From contig JAKLFP010000002.1 in the NCBI GenBank assembly GCA_022711115.1, positions 143,674-207,673 of the forward strand: DNA of 64,000 nucleotides, in the 5' to 3' direction. The notes under the pieces were generated by a model. The model saw nothing but the letters and a program-made list of their open reading frames with translations, was not told the DNA's origin and ran no database searches. The DNA is from Candidatus Omnitrophota bacterium. GTDB lineage: Bacteria; Omnitrophota; Omnitrophia; Omnitrophales; Aquincolibacteriaceae. Made by a program: the position numbers and the translations under genes. Below are positions 9,810 to 19,562 of this stretch, one piece after another (position 1 is the stretch's first letter; each line of letters starts with the position of its first letter).

Positions 9810-11483
9810 TTAATCACGGAGCTTGTAGACAGCGATCGGATAACCGTTCCGTTCTCGCGCAGCGATATCCTTCCAGAGAAACGGACCGCCCGTCAACGAT
9901 TGTGCGTCATAAATGCGCGTGGAGATCTTATTTCTATACGGAGAAAAACTCACTAGCCGAGTCGCATGGTTCTGTAATTCCGAAAAGAATAAATCCCCTG
10001 CAGCATACAATGGTTCAACAACGAGCACATACTCCACGTTCTTTTGTTTTAAAACACGCATATCAAAAGGAATTTGCGGCTCCCCAAACAAAAAACGCGG
10101 TGTCTGAGGATCCGGGCTCAAGAAATATTGTTCATACGATGGCTCATGCCCCTTAGCAAGCAGTGCGTCGACACGGCGGATTTTGGATCGTGCCTGCAGC
10201 TGTTTTTGAGCAAGAGCTTTCTTTTCCTCAAGCTGCTTTGTGGAAAAAGCCAACCGCGGCATAAAAAAATCATGGCTCATCGCGATCCGGCTTCCGTTTG
10301 GAATATTATCTTCCACCCACTCCCTCACAAGCGTCCGCATATCCTTGGCCGTCATGAGTTGGTCCCAAGCAACAATTTTTATCAACGGCGGCAAAACAAC
10401 CACGAGGATCAAAAAAACAAACAAGGGCCTTGACCAAATCTTAAGCTTTAAAAGAACTTGTGAGGCCGCAAAAAGCATCAACGGTATAAGTGGAAGTACA
10501 TACCGGTCATAAGATTGGCCCCAATGACAAAGCACAAGATAATAACCCACCACAAAAACCGAAACAGCTTCTTGTCTGGGATCCCTCACAAAAAATGATC
10601 CTATCATCCCTAGCAATGAAATCAGGAGCAACGGCCATCCGAGAGCTCCGCCAAGTGAATAAGTCAAATGATGAAACCATGGAACCCCGCTATTCGCCTG
10701 GGACTGTTCCGTAATTTCCTTTAAAAAAAACGAGGAATCAAAGATGGAATAGGGATTCAGCGCAAGGAACACGAAAACAGCAGCCATACTTGCCAACGCC
10801 CAGCAAGGCAGCCATTTTCTCCATGGGATGGTTCGAAAACATATCCAGGCATAGGGCATCGCAAGAAAAATCCCGTTATATTTCACAGCCGCTGATAATC
10901 CAATCAAAACACCGACGAGCACATGCCGTTTCCACGATACGGGATTTTGGGGAATCTTGAAAATCACGCTAAATCCGAGCAAAAACGTCAAGACAAGCGG
11001 AATGTCGGCATAAATGTAATGGGAATCGCGGGCGTGCAAAAAATTGATTGCAAGAAAAAAGGCCGCCCAAAGACCCGCTTCGACATTCCAAAAAAGTTTG
11101 ACAAGACGATAGAGGATATACACAGAAATCGTACCGGCAAAAACGCCGAATATGATTCGAGCGATAAGGTAGAACAATGTTGGATCAAAATAGAAAAGCT
11201 GCTCGAAATCACGGACAGTATGAAAAAATCCGATGCCTTTGCCCAAAATGAAAAAAAGACCGTAGCAGACAAAAAGTAAATAGCTTACAAGAGGCGGGAT
11301 CTTGAAAAAGTGCGGGTTCAAATCCCCCGATCCATAGGCGAGCGCATGGTTCACCACAATCGGTTCATCCGCGTGATAAAGAAAAGGCAGGCCGAAATGG
11401 ACAGCCCAAATTCTTAAGGCCAATGCCAGGGTCAGAATAGCAAAAAGAAGGAACGTTTCACGGGATAGGCGAACAACTCTCAT
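9810..11483 (-). CDS. ArnT/PMT-family GT-C membrane glycosyltransferase. The ATG start is at 11483; the track start at 11519 is TTG
   Basis: Polytopic. The first loop has HADEP...A......G......FKIPPL (the GT-C DE/KPPL motif pattern). The ATG overlaps the stop of the upstream GT2 gene (ATGA). Confidence 0.55.
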   Translation of the reverse strand: MRVVRLSRETFLLFAILTLALALRIWAVHFGLPFLYHADEPIVVNHALAYGSGDLNPHFFKIPPLVSYLLFVCYGLFFILGKGIGFFHTVRDFEQLFYFDPTLFYLIARIIFGVFAGTISVYILYRLVKLFWNVEAGLWAAFFLAINFLHARDSHYIYADIPLVLTFLLGFSVIFKIPQNPVSWKRHVLVGVLIGLSAAVKYNGIFLAMPYAWICFRTIPWRKWLPCWALASMAAVFVFLALNPYSIFDSSFFLKEITEQSQANSGVPWFHHLTYSLGGALGWPLLLISLLGMIGSFFVRDPRQEAVSVFVVGYYLVLCHWGQSYDRYVLPLIPLMLFAASQVLLKLKIWSRPLFVFLILVVVLPPLIKIVAWDQLMTAKDMRTLVREWVEDNIPNGSRIAMSHDFFMPRLAFSTKQLEEKKALAQKQLQARSKIRRVDALLAKGHEPSYEQYFLSPDPQTPRFLFGEPQIPFDMRVLKQKNVEYVLVVEPLYAAGDLFFSELQNHATRLVSFSPYRNKISTRIYDAQSLTGGPFLWKDIAARERNGYPIAVYKLRD

Positions 11484-12190
11484 TGGGAATGAAGGCGGCG
11501 GATCTTCAGGACATCCCAAAACATCAGCAACGGATCCCGAAGAACCTGCACCCGGCTTTGCGCGGAATTCCGCCAGATCACCGGTAGTTCGAGTATCCGG
11601 TAGCCGTGTTTTTGTGCTAAATAAAGGATCTCCACATCAAAACTAAAACCATCCAGTTTCTGCTCGCTGAAAAGCTTATGCGCAACATCCCCCCGAAAGC
11701 CCTTGAACCCGCACTGGGAATCATGGATACCTTTGAAGGCCCAAGCCCGCGCGATCAGATTAAAGGTTTTTCCCATCAGCTCGCGCAGAAAGTTCTGATG
11801 GACCTCGACCTTGGAATCCGGCATGGCCCGCGAACCGATCACAACATCGCAATCATGCTTAAGGCGTTCCAGAAATCGGCTTACCTCTTCGATGGGCGTG
11901 GAAAGATCCGCGTCCGTGAACAGGATATATTGCCCGGCAGAAACAAGCACTCCCTGGCGGACCGCATGGCCTTTGCCTCGATTTTGGGAAGTGATCAGAA
12001 TGCGGTGATTGAAGTTCCTCAATTTTTCCTGGGCGATCGCCACGGTACCATCCTGGCTGCCATCATCAGAAACGATGATTTCGGAATCAAATTCTTGCCG
12101 TTTAAGAAAACCAAGAATTGTATTCAAGGTTTGGGGCAAACGCTTTTCTTCATTGAAAGCCGGAATCACCACAGACAAAAAAGGAGCCAT
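11480..12190 (-). CDS. GT2 undecaprenyl-phosphate glycosyltransferase (ArnC/GtrB/Dpm1-like)
   Basis: LSVVIPAFNEE...IIVSDDGSQDGT...FTDADLSTP...DSQCGFKGF are the canonical ArnC/GtrB motifs. About 236 aa. Confidence 0.75.
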   Translation of the reverse strand: MAPFLSVVIPAFNEEKRLPQTLNTILGFLKRQEFDSEIIVSDDGSQDGTVAIAQEKLRNFNHRILITSQNRGKGHAVRQGVLVSAGQYILFTDADLSTPIEEVSRFLERLKHDCDVVIGSRAMPDSKVEVHQNFLRELMGKTFNLIARAWAFKGIHDSQCGFKGFRGDVAHKLFSEQKLDGFSFDVEILYLAQKHGYRILELPVIWRNSAQSRVQVLRDPLLMFWDVLKIRRLHSQ

Positions 12191-12192
12191 CG

Positions 12193-13143
12193 CTATTTTT
12201 TCCCCAACGCTTCTTTAAAATACTCCACGGTGAGTTTGAGCCCATCTTCCAAAGCAACCTTCGGGTCCCAAGACAAAAGTTTTTCTGCCTTTCGAACATC
12301 GGGTTGCCGGACCTTAGGATCGTCCACGGGCAATGGTTTATGAATGATCCGGCTGGAACTATTTGTGATTTTAATAATTTTTTGAGCCAGCTCCAGCATG
12401 GAGATTTCGTCGGGGTTTCCGATATTTACCGGTTCATTGACTTTGGAAAGTAACAGGCTCTCAATCCCGTTTACCATATCATCGATATAACAAAGACTTC
12501 GGGTCTGCTGCCCGTCGCCGAAAACCGTGAGCGGTTCCCCCGTCAAGGCCTGGGAAAGAAACGCCGGAATGGCACGCCCATCCCGGAGGCGCATCCTGGG
12601 GCCGTAGGTATTAAAAATGCGGATGATCTTGGTATCCATTTTATGGGTGCGGTGATAGGCCATGGTTAATGCTTCGGCATAGCGTTTGGCTTCATCATAA
12701 ACACCTCGCGGACCGATCGGATTGACATTCCCCCAATATTCTTCCGGCTGAGGATGAACCAACGGATCGCCATAGACTTCCGATGTGGAGGCTAATAGAA
12801 AGACCGCTTTTTTTTCTTTCGCCAAGCCGAGAGCATTATGGGTTCCCAAAGCTCCGACCTTTAAGGTCTGTATGGGAAACTGAAGATAATCAAGAGGACT
12901 GGCGGGAGACGCGAAGTGAAGCACATAGTGGACAGGACCCGGAATCCGCAAATGCAGGCTGATATCATGGCGGATCAATTCAAAAGCCGGATGCCCCATC
13001 AGTGGTTCAATGTTTTTTTCATTCCCGGTAAGGAAGTTATCGACCACGATGACGCGAAATCCGCGATCGATGAATCTACCGCATAAATGAGACCCCAGAA
13101 ATCCCCCGCCTCCGGTGATCAAACAGGTTTTCATGGAAGTCAT
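12193..13143 (-). CDS. UDP-glucuronate decarboxylase (UXS / ArnA C-terminal-domain-like SDR)
   Basis: [21 protein letters not shown] (YxxxK), and the UXS-family block [18 protein letters not shown]. Its start overlaps the rmlD stop (ATGA). Confidence 0.75.
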   Translation of the reverse strand: MTSMKTCLITGGGGFLGSHLCGRFIDRGFRVIVVDNFLTGNEKNIEPLMGHPAFELIRHDISLHLRIPGPVHYVLHFASPASPLDYLQFPIQTLKVGALGTHNALGLAKEKKAVFLLASTSEVYGDPLVHPQPEEYWGNVNPIGPRGVYDEAKRYAEALTMAYHRTHKMDTKIIRIFNTYGPRMRLRDGRAIPAFLSQALTGEPLTVFGDGQQTRSLCYIDDMVNGIESLLLSKVNEPVNIGNPDEISMLELAQKIIKITNSSSRIIHKPLPVDDPKVRQPDVRKAEKLLSWDPKVALEDGLKLTVEYFKEALGKK

Positions 13144-14117
13144 CCGGCCGTGTTTTCCTTTTCCGCAGCCTGGGCTTTGGATCTTTCATCCTGAGCGGCC
13201 AGTTCCCGCTTCAGGCGGGGTAGAAACAAACGAGTGGCGTCTTGCCATGACGGCAGTTCAAGCGCAAGTTCATGCTTTAATTTTTCGAGTGAAAGCACGG
13301 AATTCAAGGGACGAGGAGCCGGGCGTTTTAATTGAGTACTGGAGATATCCTCAATCTTGACCGAACCTAAATTAGATTCATTCAAAATAAAACGTGCAAA
13401 ATCCGCCCAATTCACGGTTCCCATATTTCCAAGATGAAAGATCGTAGGTTTTTGGTCGAATACAAACTCTCGTTTTTTGAGCAGTACGGACTTCATAGCT
13501 TCCGCGACATCCCACGAATAAGTGGGACGACCTACTTGATCATTGACTACGGTCATTTTCTTGGCGTCCGCGGCCTGACGCAGGATGGCTTTGGGAAAAC
13601 AGCGCCCCCAAACCCCGAAAAGCCAGGTAATGCGGAAAATCACTGCTTGTTTGGCCTGCGCCAAAATATATTGTTCGGCCTGAAGCTTTGTGTTGCCGTA
13701 GAAACTGATCGGATTGGGTGTATCCTCTTCGGTATATTCCCCCTTTTTTTGGCCGTCAAAAACATAATCCGTACTGTAAAAAATAAGCGCCGCATTCACA
13801 TCATTGCAGGCATCCACCACATTCTTCGTCGCACCGACATTTTGTTCGATGGCCTCCTCATGATGGTCTTCACAATAGTCGACATCGGTCAGCGCCGCTG
13901 CATGAATCACCAGATTCGGCTGATGGCTTACTATCGCATCCCGCGTCTTCCGGGCATGCGTCAGATCACAGATATCATACGGAACCGTGAGATGCGTCAC
14001 GGGTCTCTTGTCCAGTCCCACAACCTCAAAATCGTCCTTTAGAACAGCGGCAAGATCGGATCCGAGCATACCGCCCGCACCTGTGATGAGGATCTTAAAA
14101 GTCTTCTGGTTTGGCAT
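13140..14117 (-). CDS. rfbD: dTDP-4-dehydrorhamnose reductase
   Basis: [23 protein letters not shown]. Length and colinearity match RmlD. A C-terminal charged tail is present. Confidence 0.85.
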   Translation of the reverse strand: MPNQKTFKILITGAGGMLGSDLAAVLKDDFEVVGLDKRPVTHLTVPYDICDLTHARKTRDAIVSHQPNLVIHAAALTDVDYCEDHHEEAIEQNVGATKNVVDACNDVNAALIFYSTDYVFDGQKKGEYTEEDTPNPISFYGNTKLQAEQYILAQAKQAVIFRITWLFGVWGRCFPKAILRQAADAKKMTVVNDQVGRPTYSWDVAEAMKSVLLKKREFVFDQKPTIFHLGNMGTVNWADFARFILNESNLGSVKIEDISSTQLKRPAPRPLNSVLSLEKLKHELALELPSWQDATRLFLPRLKRELAAQDERSKAQAAEKENTAG

Positions 14118-14118
14118 C

Positions 14119-15096
14119 TTATTTAACCGTATATTTATCTTTTTTAAGAGGCTGCCACCAACCGGGATTTTTCCTGTACCAATCTGCGGTCACAGCCAGC
14201 CCTTTTTTGAAATTCCATTCGGGTTTGAACCCGAGTTTTCGAAGTTTATTAAAATTGAGCGCATAGCGCAGATCATGCCCCGGACGGTCCTTCACATATC
14301 GAATCATCTCGGGTCCTTTTTTGAAATGCTTGAGAACCTTATGTGTCATCTCCAAATTGCTCATTTCCTGATGCGAACCGACATTGTAAATTTCTCCTGA
14401 CTTCCCTTTCTCAAGCACCAGAAGCACCGCCCGGCACGCATCCTCGACAAAGATCCAATCCCGGCGGTTTTGCCCATTCCCATAAAGCGGCACCGTTTTA
14501 TTCTCCAAAAGATTCGTCACAAAAAGCGGTATGACTTTCTCGGGGAACTGATAGGGTCCGTAATTGTTCGTACAGCGAATGATCATGGCGGGATGCCGGA
14601 AAGTCTCCTGAAATGACCGCACCAAGAGATCGGCACCTGCCTTTGAGGCTGAATAAGGGCTATTGGGTAAAAGATGCGCACACTCATCCACAAAACCTTT
14701 TTTGATCGAGCCATAAACCTCGTCGGTGGACATATGAACAAAACGTTTGATCCCGCAGGCTAAAGAAGCCTCGAGCAAGGCCGCAGTCCCCATGATATTT
14801 GTTTTGAGGAAATCATCCGCGCTTTCGATGGAACGGTCCACATGAGTTTCTGCGGCAAAATGTACCACCGCCGAAACCTTTTTCATCAGCTTTAAGACAA
14901 GTTTCTTATCCGTGATGTCCCCTTTGACAAATTGATAGCGGGAAGATCCTTTGAGATCTTGAAGATTGGCCGGATTACCGGAGTAACTCAGCTTATCAAG
15001 ATTCAGAACGCTCCAACCAGGACGATGGGCAAAAATATAATGTATAAAATTCGAGCCAATAAAACCGCAGCCACCTGTCACAAGAATTTGCTTCAC
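14119..15096 (-). CDS. rfbB: dTDP-glucose 4,6-dehydratase. GTG start overlapping the rmlA stop (GTGA)
   Basis: VTGGCGFIGSNF, STDEVYG, YSASKAGAD, and RmlB-type C-terminal blocks. Confidence 0.9.
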   Translation of the reverse strand: MKQILVTGGCGFIGSNFIHYIFAHRPGWSVLNLDKLSYSGNPANLQDLKGSSRYQFVKGDITDKKLVLKLMKKVSAVVHFAAETHVDRSIESADDFLKTNIMGTAALLEASLACGIKRFVHMSTDEVYGSIKKGFVDECAHLLPNSPYSASKAGADLLVRSFQETFRHPAMIIRCTNNYGPYQFPEKVIPLFVTNLLENKTVPLYGNGQNRRDWIFVEDACRAVLLVLEKGKSGEIYNVGSHQEMSNLEMTHKVLKHFKKGPEMIRYVKDRPGHDLRYALNFNKLRKLGFKPEWNFKKGLAVTADWYRKNPGWWQPLKKDKYTVK

Positions 15097-15821
15097 TTTC
15101 GTTGTCTCCCATGTTTTTCAACCAGAGTCCCCGCTTTAAAAAGAGATTCGAATGTTCCGGCATCCGTCCAAAATCCCTTCAAAATGTCATATTCAAGTTT
15201 CCCTTGCTTTAAGTACCAATTATTGACATCCGTGATCTCAAGCTCCCCCCGTTTGGAGGGTTTTAAAGTTTTGATGAAATTAAAAACGGTCGCATCATAC
15301 ATATAGATGCCAATAACCGCATAAGAACTTTTTGGGTTTTTGGGTTTCTCGATGATCTCGGTGATCTTCCCCCACTTTAAAGTGGGCACGCCGAACCTTT
15401 CGGGATCCGGAACTTTTTTCAAAAGAAGCCGTGCACCGCTCTTCTGTTTCTCAAAATGCTGCACGTGAGTCGTAATATCTTCCTGAATGATATTATCACC
15501 CAAGATCACAACAATCTTATCGCCTGCCGCAAAGTGTTTTGCAAGACCAAGGGCATGAGCAATCCCGCCCTCACCTTCCTGATAAGTGTAATTGATATGG
15601 TGAAGCCCGAATTGCGCACCGTTCCCGAGCAGTCTCAGAAAATCTCCAGCTGAATTGCCTCCCGTAACGATTAAAATATCCTTAATGCCCGCCTGCACCA
15701 GCGTTTCAATCGGATAATAGATCATGGGCTTATCGTAAACCGGAAGCAAATGCTTATTGGTGACTTTCGTCAGGGGATGCAACCGACTGCCGAGCCCCCC
15801 CGCAAGGATAACACCTTTCAT
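15093..15821 (-). CDS. rfbA: Glucose-1-phosphate thymidylyltransferase (short form)
   Basis: MKGVILAGGLGSRLHPLT (GGxGxRLxPxT) and a nucleotidyltransferase fold of about 240 aa. Sits with rmlB and rmlD. Confidence 0.8.
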   Translation of the reverse strand: MKGVILAGGLGSRLHPLTKVTNKHLLPVYDKPMIYYPIETLVQAGIKDILIVTGGNSAGDFLRLLGNGAQFGLHHINYTYQEGEGGIAHALGLAKHFAAGDKIVVILGDNIIQEDITTHVQHFEKQKSGARLLLKKVPDPERFGVPTLKWGKITEIIEKPKNPKSSYAVIGIYMYDATVFNFIKTLKPSKRGELEITDVNNWYLKQGKLEYDILKGFWTDAGTFESLFKAGTLVEKHGRQRK

Positions 15822-15839
15822 AGAAATGGACCTCCTGTG

Positions 15840-17138
15840 TTAAGCAGATGGACGACCGATACTTGTGTAGTTGAAACCGTGTTTTTTCATTTCAGGAGCG
15901 GAAAACATATTGCGTCCGTCGAAAAAGAATTTCCCAGTCATCTGACGCTTGAGTCGGGACCACTCCAGATTTAAAAACTCACTCCATTCCGTAAGCACAG
16001 CAACCGCGTGGGCGCCCTTGGCCGCATCGTAGGCATTGGCTGCCAATGTCACATTTTTAAATATTAACTTTGCTTTTTCCATCGCTTGAGGATCATAAGC
16101 CTGGATACGCACTCCCTCCCGCTGAAGCATTTGAATGATCGGGATCGAAGGCGCCGAGCGCATGTCATCGGTATCGGGCTTGAAAGCCAGCCCAAGCACC
16201 GCAATGGTTTTTCCTTTAAGCGAGCGCAAGGTGTTCTGTATTTTCTGCACAAAGTACTTCGCCTGAAATTCATTAATACGCAACACGCCGGCCAAAAGCT
16301 CGAAACGAGCGCCTAACTGTTCTGAAATATGCAGAAAGGCACTCAGATCCTTGGGAAAACAAGATCCCCCAAATCCGATACCAGCCTTGAGAAACTGCGC
16401 GCCGATACGGGGGTCGAGCCCCATACCAAGCACCACTTTTTCAACATCCGCACCCACGGCATCGCAGATCCGCGACAAGCCGTTTGCAAAAGAAATTTTT
16501 AGAGCAAGAAAGGAATTCGAAGCGTGTTTAATCAGTTCGGCACTTTTGATGTCCGTCACAATCATCGGAGCTTTCAAAGGACCGTAGAGTTCCCGGAAAA
16601 TTTTTTCCGAACGTTCATTGGCCACTCCGATGACGATCCTGTCCGGCTTGAGAAAATCATGGATCGCAGACCCCTCTCTTAAGAATTCCGGATTCGAAGC
16701 CACATCAAAATGAACGCCTTTTTTGATGTTTCGCTTGATGGTCCGGAAAACCCACTCGCCGGTTTCGACCGGCACGGTGCTTTTTTCAACGATCAGACAA
16801 TACTTGCGCAGATTTTTAGCAATTTGACGCGCCACTTTATCCACGAAAGTAAGATCGGCTTCCCCGTTGGCTCTGGACGGGGTATGAACACAAATAAAAA
16901 GGACTTCACACCGATTGACAACCTTCGCAATGTCCCCGACGAAAGAAAGCCGCTTCGCTTCCACATTGGTCAGCACCATCTCTGACAAACCGGGCTCATA
17001 AAAAGGCACTTTCCCCGTTTTCAGTGTGCGGATCTTATTTTCATCATGATCCACACACGTCACGGTATGTCCCAGATGCGCCAGACAAGCACCCGTCACT
17101 AAACCGACATAACCTGAGCCGATGATTCCTATTTTCAT
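15840..17138 (-). CDS. ugd: UDP-glucose 6-dehydrogenase
   Basis: N-terminal GSGYVGLVTG and the catalytic Cys block GFGGSCFPKD. Full-length colinearity of about 430 aa. Confidence 0.9.
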   Translation of the reverse strand: MKIGIIGSGYVGLVTGACLAHLGHTVTCVDHDENKIRTLKTGKVPFYEPGLSEMVLTNVEAKRLSFVGDIAKVVNRCEVLFICVHTPSRANGEADLTFVDKVARQIAKNLRKYCLIVEKSTVPVETGEWVFRTIKRNIKKGVHFDVASNPEFLREGSAIHDFLKPDRIVIGVANERSEKIFRELYGPLKAPMIVTDIKSAELIKHASNSFLALKISFANGLSRICDAVGADVEKVVLGMGLDPRIGAQFLKAGIGFGGSCFPKDLSAFLHISEQLGARFELLAGVLRINEFQAKYFVQKIQNTLRSLKGKTIAVLGLAFKPDTDDMRSAPSIPIIQMLQREGVRIQAYDPQAMEKAKLIFKNVTLAANAYDAAKGAHAVAVLTEWSEFLNLEWSRLKRQMTGKFFFDGRNMFSAPEMKKHGFNYTSIGRPSA

Positions 17139-17162
17139 GAGATCCGTCCTATTTCTTTGAGG

Positions 17163-19562
17163 TTAAAACTGCGAAGCTCTTGGGTTATACCACGATTCAT
17201 CCATAATGGATGAAAAACGGCCGCCTTCGTGATTAGCCCCCGCAACGGTATCACCGATACGCGGTTCCGAAAAGGTCGCACGACCGTTGCCGCCGCTTAG
17301 CGCCAAGTTCGGAAGCGCTTTCATACGAAATGTAAAGAAGAGAGTGTTATTGTTAGAATCGATGAGGGAATTACGAACACTGTAACCGAAGTCGAGAACA
17401 AAGTCATGCAAGTCACGAGACGCGGAGACCTGCCATTCGTTGTAGGAATTCGACGCGGTATCCCATCGGATGTAACCGCCTACTGCCCACAAATGGTTAA
17501 GCCGATATTGGAGATCAAAGACAAATTCATGGCTCGTCGAAATATCCTGATCCGTGTACCAATCATAATAATCATGAACATACCGTTGGCCAAAAAGAAA
17601 CCGCCACTTTCCAGTCCGGATCGCGATATCATGATTCCAAAACTTGATATACGACATATACGTCCGAGAAAAATCAAAGGTTGCCCGAGCCTGATACTGC
17701 AACCACTCATAGGGACGAAGCGTTAATTCATTTTCGGAAAGCGTAAATTTATTGCCGCCGACATTCGCATCTTCCGGAGAAATCTCAAAATGCAAAAACG
17801 TGTTAAAACTGACAATATCGACCCGTTGGTTTTTTCCGCTAACCACGCGTTTGGTCTGAAGCCGGTTTTCTAAACCTAAAATAACCTGAGAAGCGTCATC
17901 AATCTTGTCCGTAGTGTCAAAATGATTAACGTGGTAACTGCTTAATGAAGAACTTGTTCCTTTAAAAACAACGCTCGGTTCGGCAATGTGCCTTAGCTGG
18001 TTCACTTCGATGCCAATTTTATTAAAACTGACATCAAGGGTTTTATAAAAATGAGTCCTCAAATCCGTGCCATACTCCATGACATTGCGATAAACCGATG
18101 CATCGGTGGTCAATTGCCGGCTATATTCCGTGCCCCGATAACCGGCAAACGGTGTAAAACTGAAATCATTCCAGCGTAACGGCATAAAAAATCGGCTATA
18201 TGCATCCGTCCGCAGAGCTGTATGATCAAAATCATTGCGGCTTAAGGGAAATTCGGATAAATTGTCGAACTGGACACGGCTTTCGTTGTAAATAAGTTCT
18301 TTAACCACCGGCTGATTCTTCCAATCCAGGCGTATTTCCGGTAAACGTTCTACCATGGTTTCATAAGAATTCATTTTTTTCTCAAGATGGATCATGGCAC
18401 CGTAGCGTTCGGTATTATGATTGGCCGTTAGAAAAGAAGTCGGCTGAACGTTGGCACGGTATTCATTTTCAAAAAAATCCTGAAGGAAATACTCATCCGC
18501 CGCGCGGTGATAGCGCAGAAGGATATTGGTATTGTCATCAATATCGGTGCGATGTTTCCACGTAATGCGACCTCGATTGCGGTCTTCACGTTGATCGTAA
18601 GGGTTTACCTCCGTTGATGAACCCGGAGGTTTATAGCCCGGGGTTGGGGCTTTCTTGTCTTGCGTTCCATAAATTTTAATACTGCCCTTTGCATATTTTC
18701 CAAATTCGTAATACTGATCCCATCCCGCGCCAAAACCCCGCTTGGAGCGCCAATCAATGTGTGCTTTTCCCCAAAGATGTTTGTTAAACGTCACACCCTT
18801 CAGCAATTCGATATACGCCCCATACTCCGAACTATAGCCAGCTGTCGCTTGAACCGGGATATTAGGCCAATTCAAGGGTATGTCGATAACAGGAAACCAA
18901 AAAACGGGCTTCCCAAGCACATAAATCGTCGCATTGTACATAATGAGTTTTTCACCCGTATACAAAGTCGCTTTTTTGGAGCGAATCTCATAATGAGGCT
19001 TGTCCAAATTACAGGTGGTCACACCCCCGTTTTTGATCTTGTTCACACCCTCCCGGATCTGTCGGATTTGTTCACCGCGAGCATACCATGGCGCGCTGAA
19101 TGGCTCGGATCTGCTGATTGCCCGCCCATTCGGAAAATTTCCAGTATGCTTCCCAAAATCATAATAAACCTCCTCGCCACGGACAGTCGGAGTGTCGTTT
19201 TTAAATACAATCACATGCCCCTTGGCATAAGCTTGATTGGCATCCGATTCGACCTCCGCATAGTCGGCAAGCAATTTATAATTTTGGTAAGTAATGACCG
19301 CATTCCCGCGAGCAATAAGTTTTTTTGAATCTTTTTGATATTCTAAGCTGTCCGCAACAGCTTCAACCTTGCCAGTTTTCCGGTCATAAAAATCCTGGAC
19401 AGGCGTCGATCGCACCGCCGCCGGCACCGATGCGGAAGATTTGGGAGAGGACTCCTGCAGGTCAGAATTTTCTGCAAAAAGGGAAGGACAAAGAAACGGC
19501 CAAAAACCAAAAATGATCAAAAATGCGAACACATTTTTTGTGATAAAAAAAAATTTTTTCAC
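17163..19562 (-). CDS. lptD: LPS-assembly outer-membrane protein LptD (OstA family). GTG start overlapping the upstream GGDEF gene stop (GTGA)
   Basis: Signal peptide, an N-terminal OstA-like beta-jellyroll (RGNAVITYQNYKLLADYAEV...), then about 600 aa of beta-barrel-type sequence ending in an aromatic residue. Confidence 0.6.
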   Translation of the reverse strand: MKKFFFITKNVFAFLIIFGFWPFLCPSLFAENSDLQESSPKSSASVPAAVRSTPVQDFYDRKTGKVEAVADSLEYQKDSKKLIARGNAVITYQNYKLLADYAEVESDANQAYAKGHVIVFKNDTPTVRGEEVYYDFGKHTGNFPNGRAISRSEPFSAPWYARGEQIRQIREGVNKIKNGGVTTCNLDKPHYEIRSKKATLYTGEKLIMYNATIYVLGKPVFWFPVIDIPLNWPNIPVQATAGYSSEYGAYIELLKGVTFNKHLWGKAHIDWRSKRGFGAGWDQYYEFGKYAKGSIKIYGTQDKKAPTPGYKPPGSSTEVNPYDQREDRNRGRITWKHRTDIDDNTNILLRYHRAADEYFLQDFFENEYRANVQPTSFLTANHNTERYGAMIHLEKKMNSYETMVERLPEIRLDWKNQPVVKELIYNESRVQFDNLSEFPLSRNDFDHTALRTDAYSRFFMPLRWNDFSFTPFAGYRGTEYSRQLTTDASVYRNVMEYGTDLRTHFYKTLDVSFNKIGIEVNQLRHIAEPSVVFKGTSSSLSSYHVNHFDTTDKIDDASQVILGLENRLQTKRVVSGKNQRVDIVSFNTFLHFEISPEDANVGGNKFTLSENELTLRPYEWLQYQARATFDFSRTYMSYIKFWNHDIAIRTGKWRFLFGQRYVHDYYDWYTDQDISTSHEFVFDLQYRLNHLWAVGGYIRWDTASNSYNEWQVSASRDLHDFVLDFGYSVRNSLIDSNNNTLFFTFRMKALPNLALSGGNGRATFSEPRIGDTVAGANHEGGRFSSIMDESWYNPRASQF

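Noticed and set aside
11678-12343. The 221-aa plus-strand ORF
   Set aside because: It is antisense to the well-supported ArnC-like GT2 and UXS genes. It has no recognisable domain.
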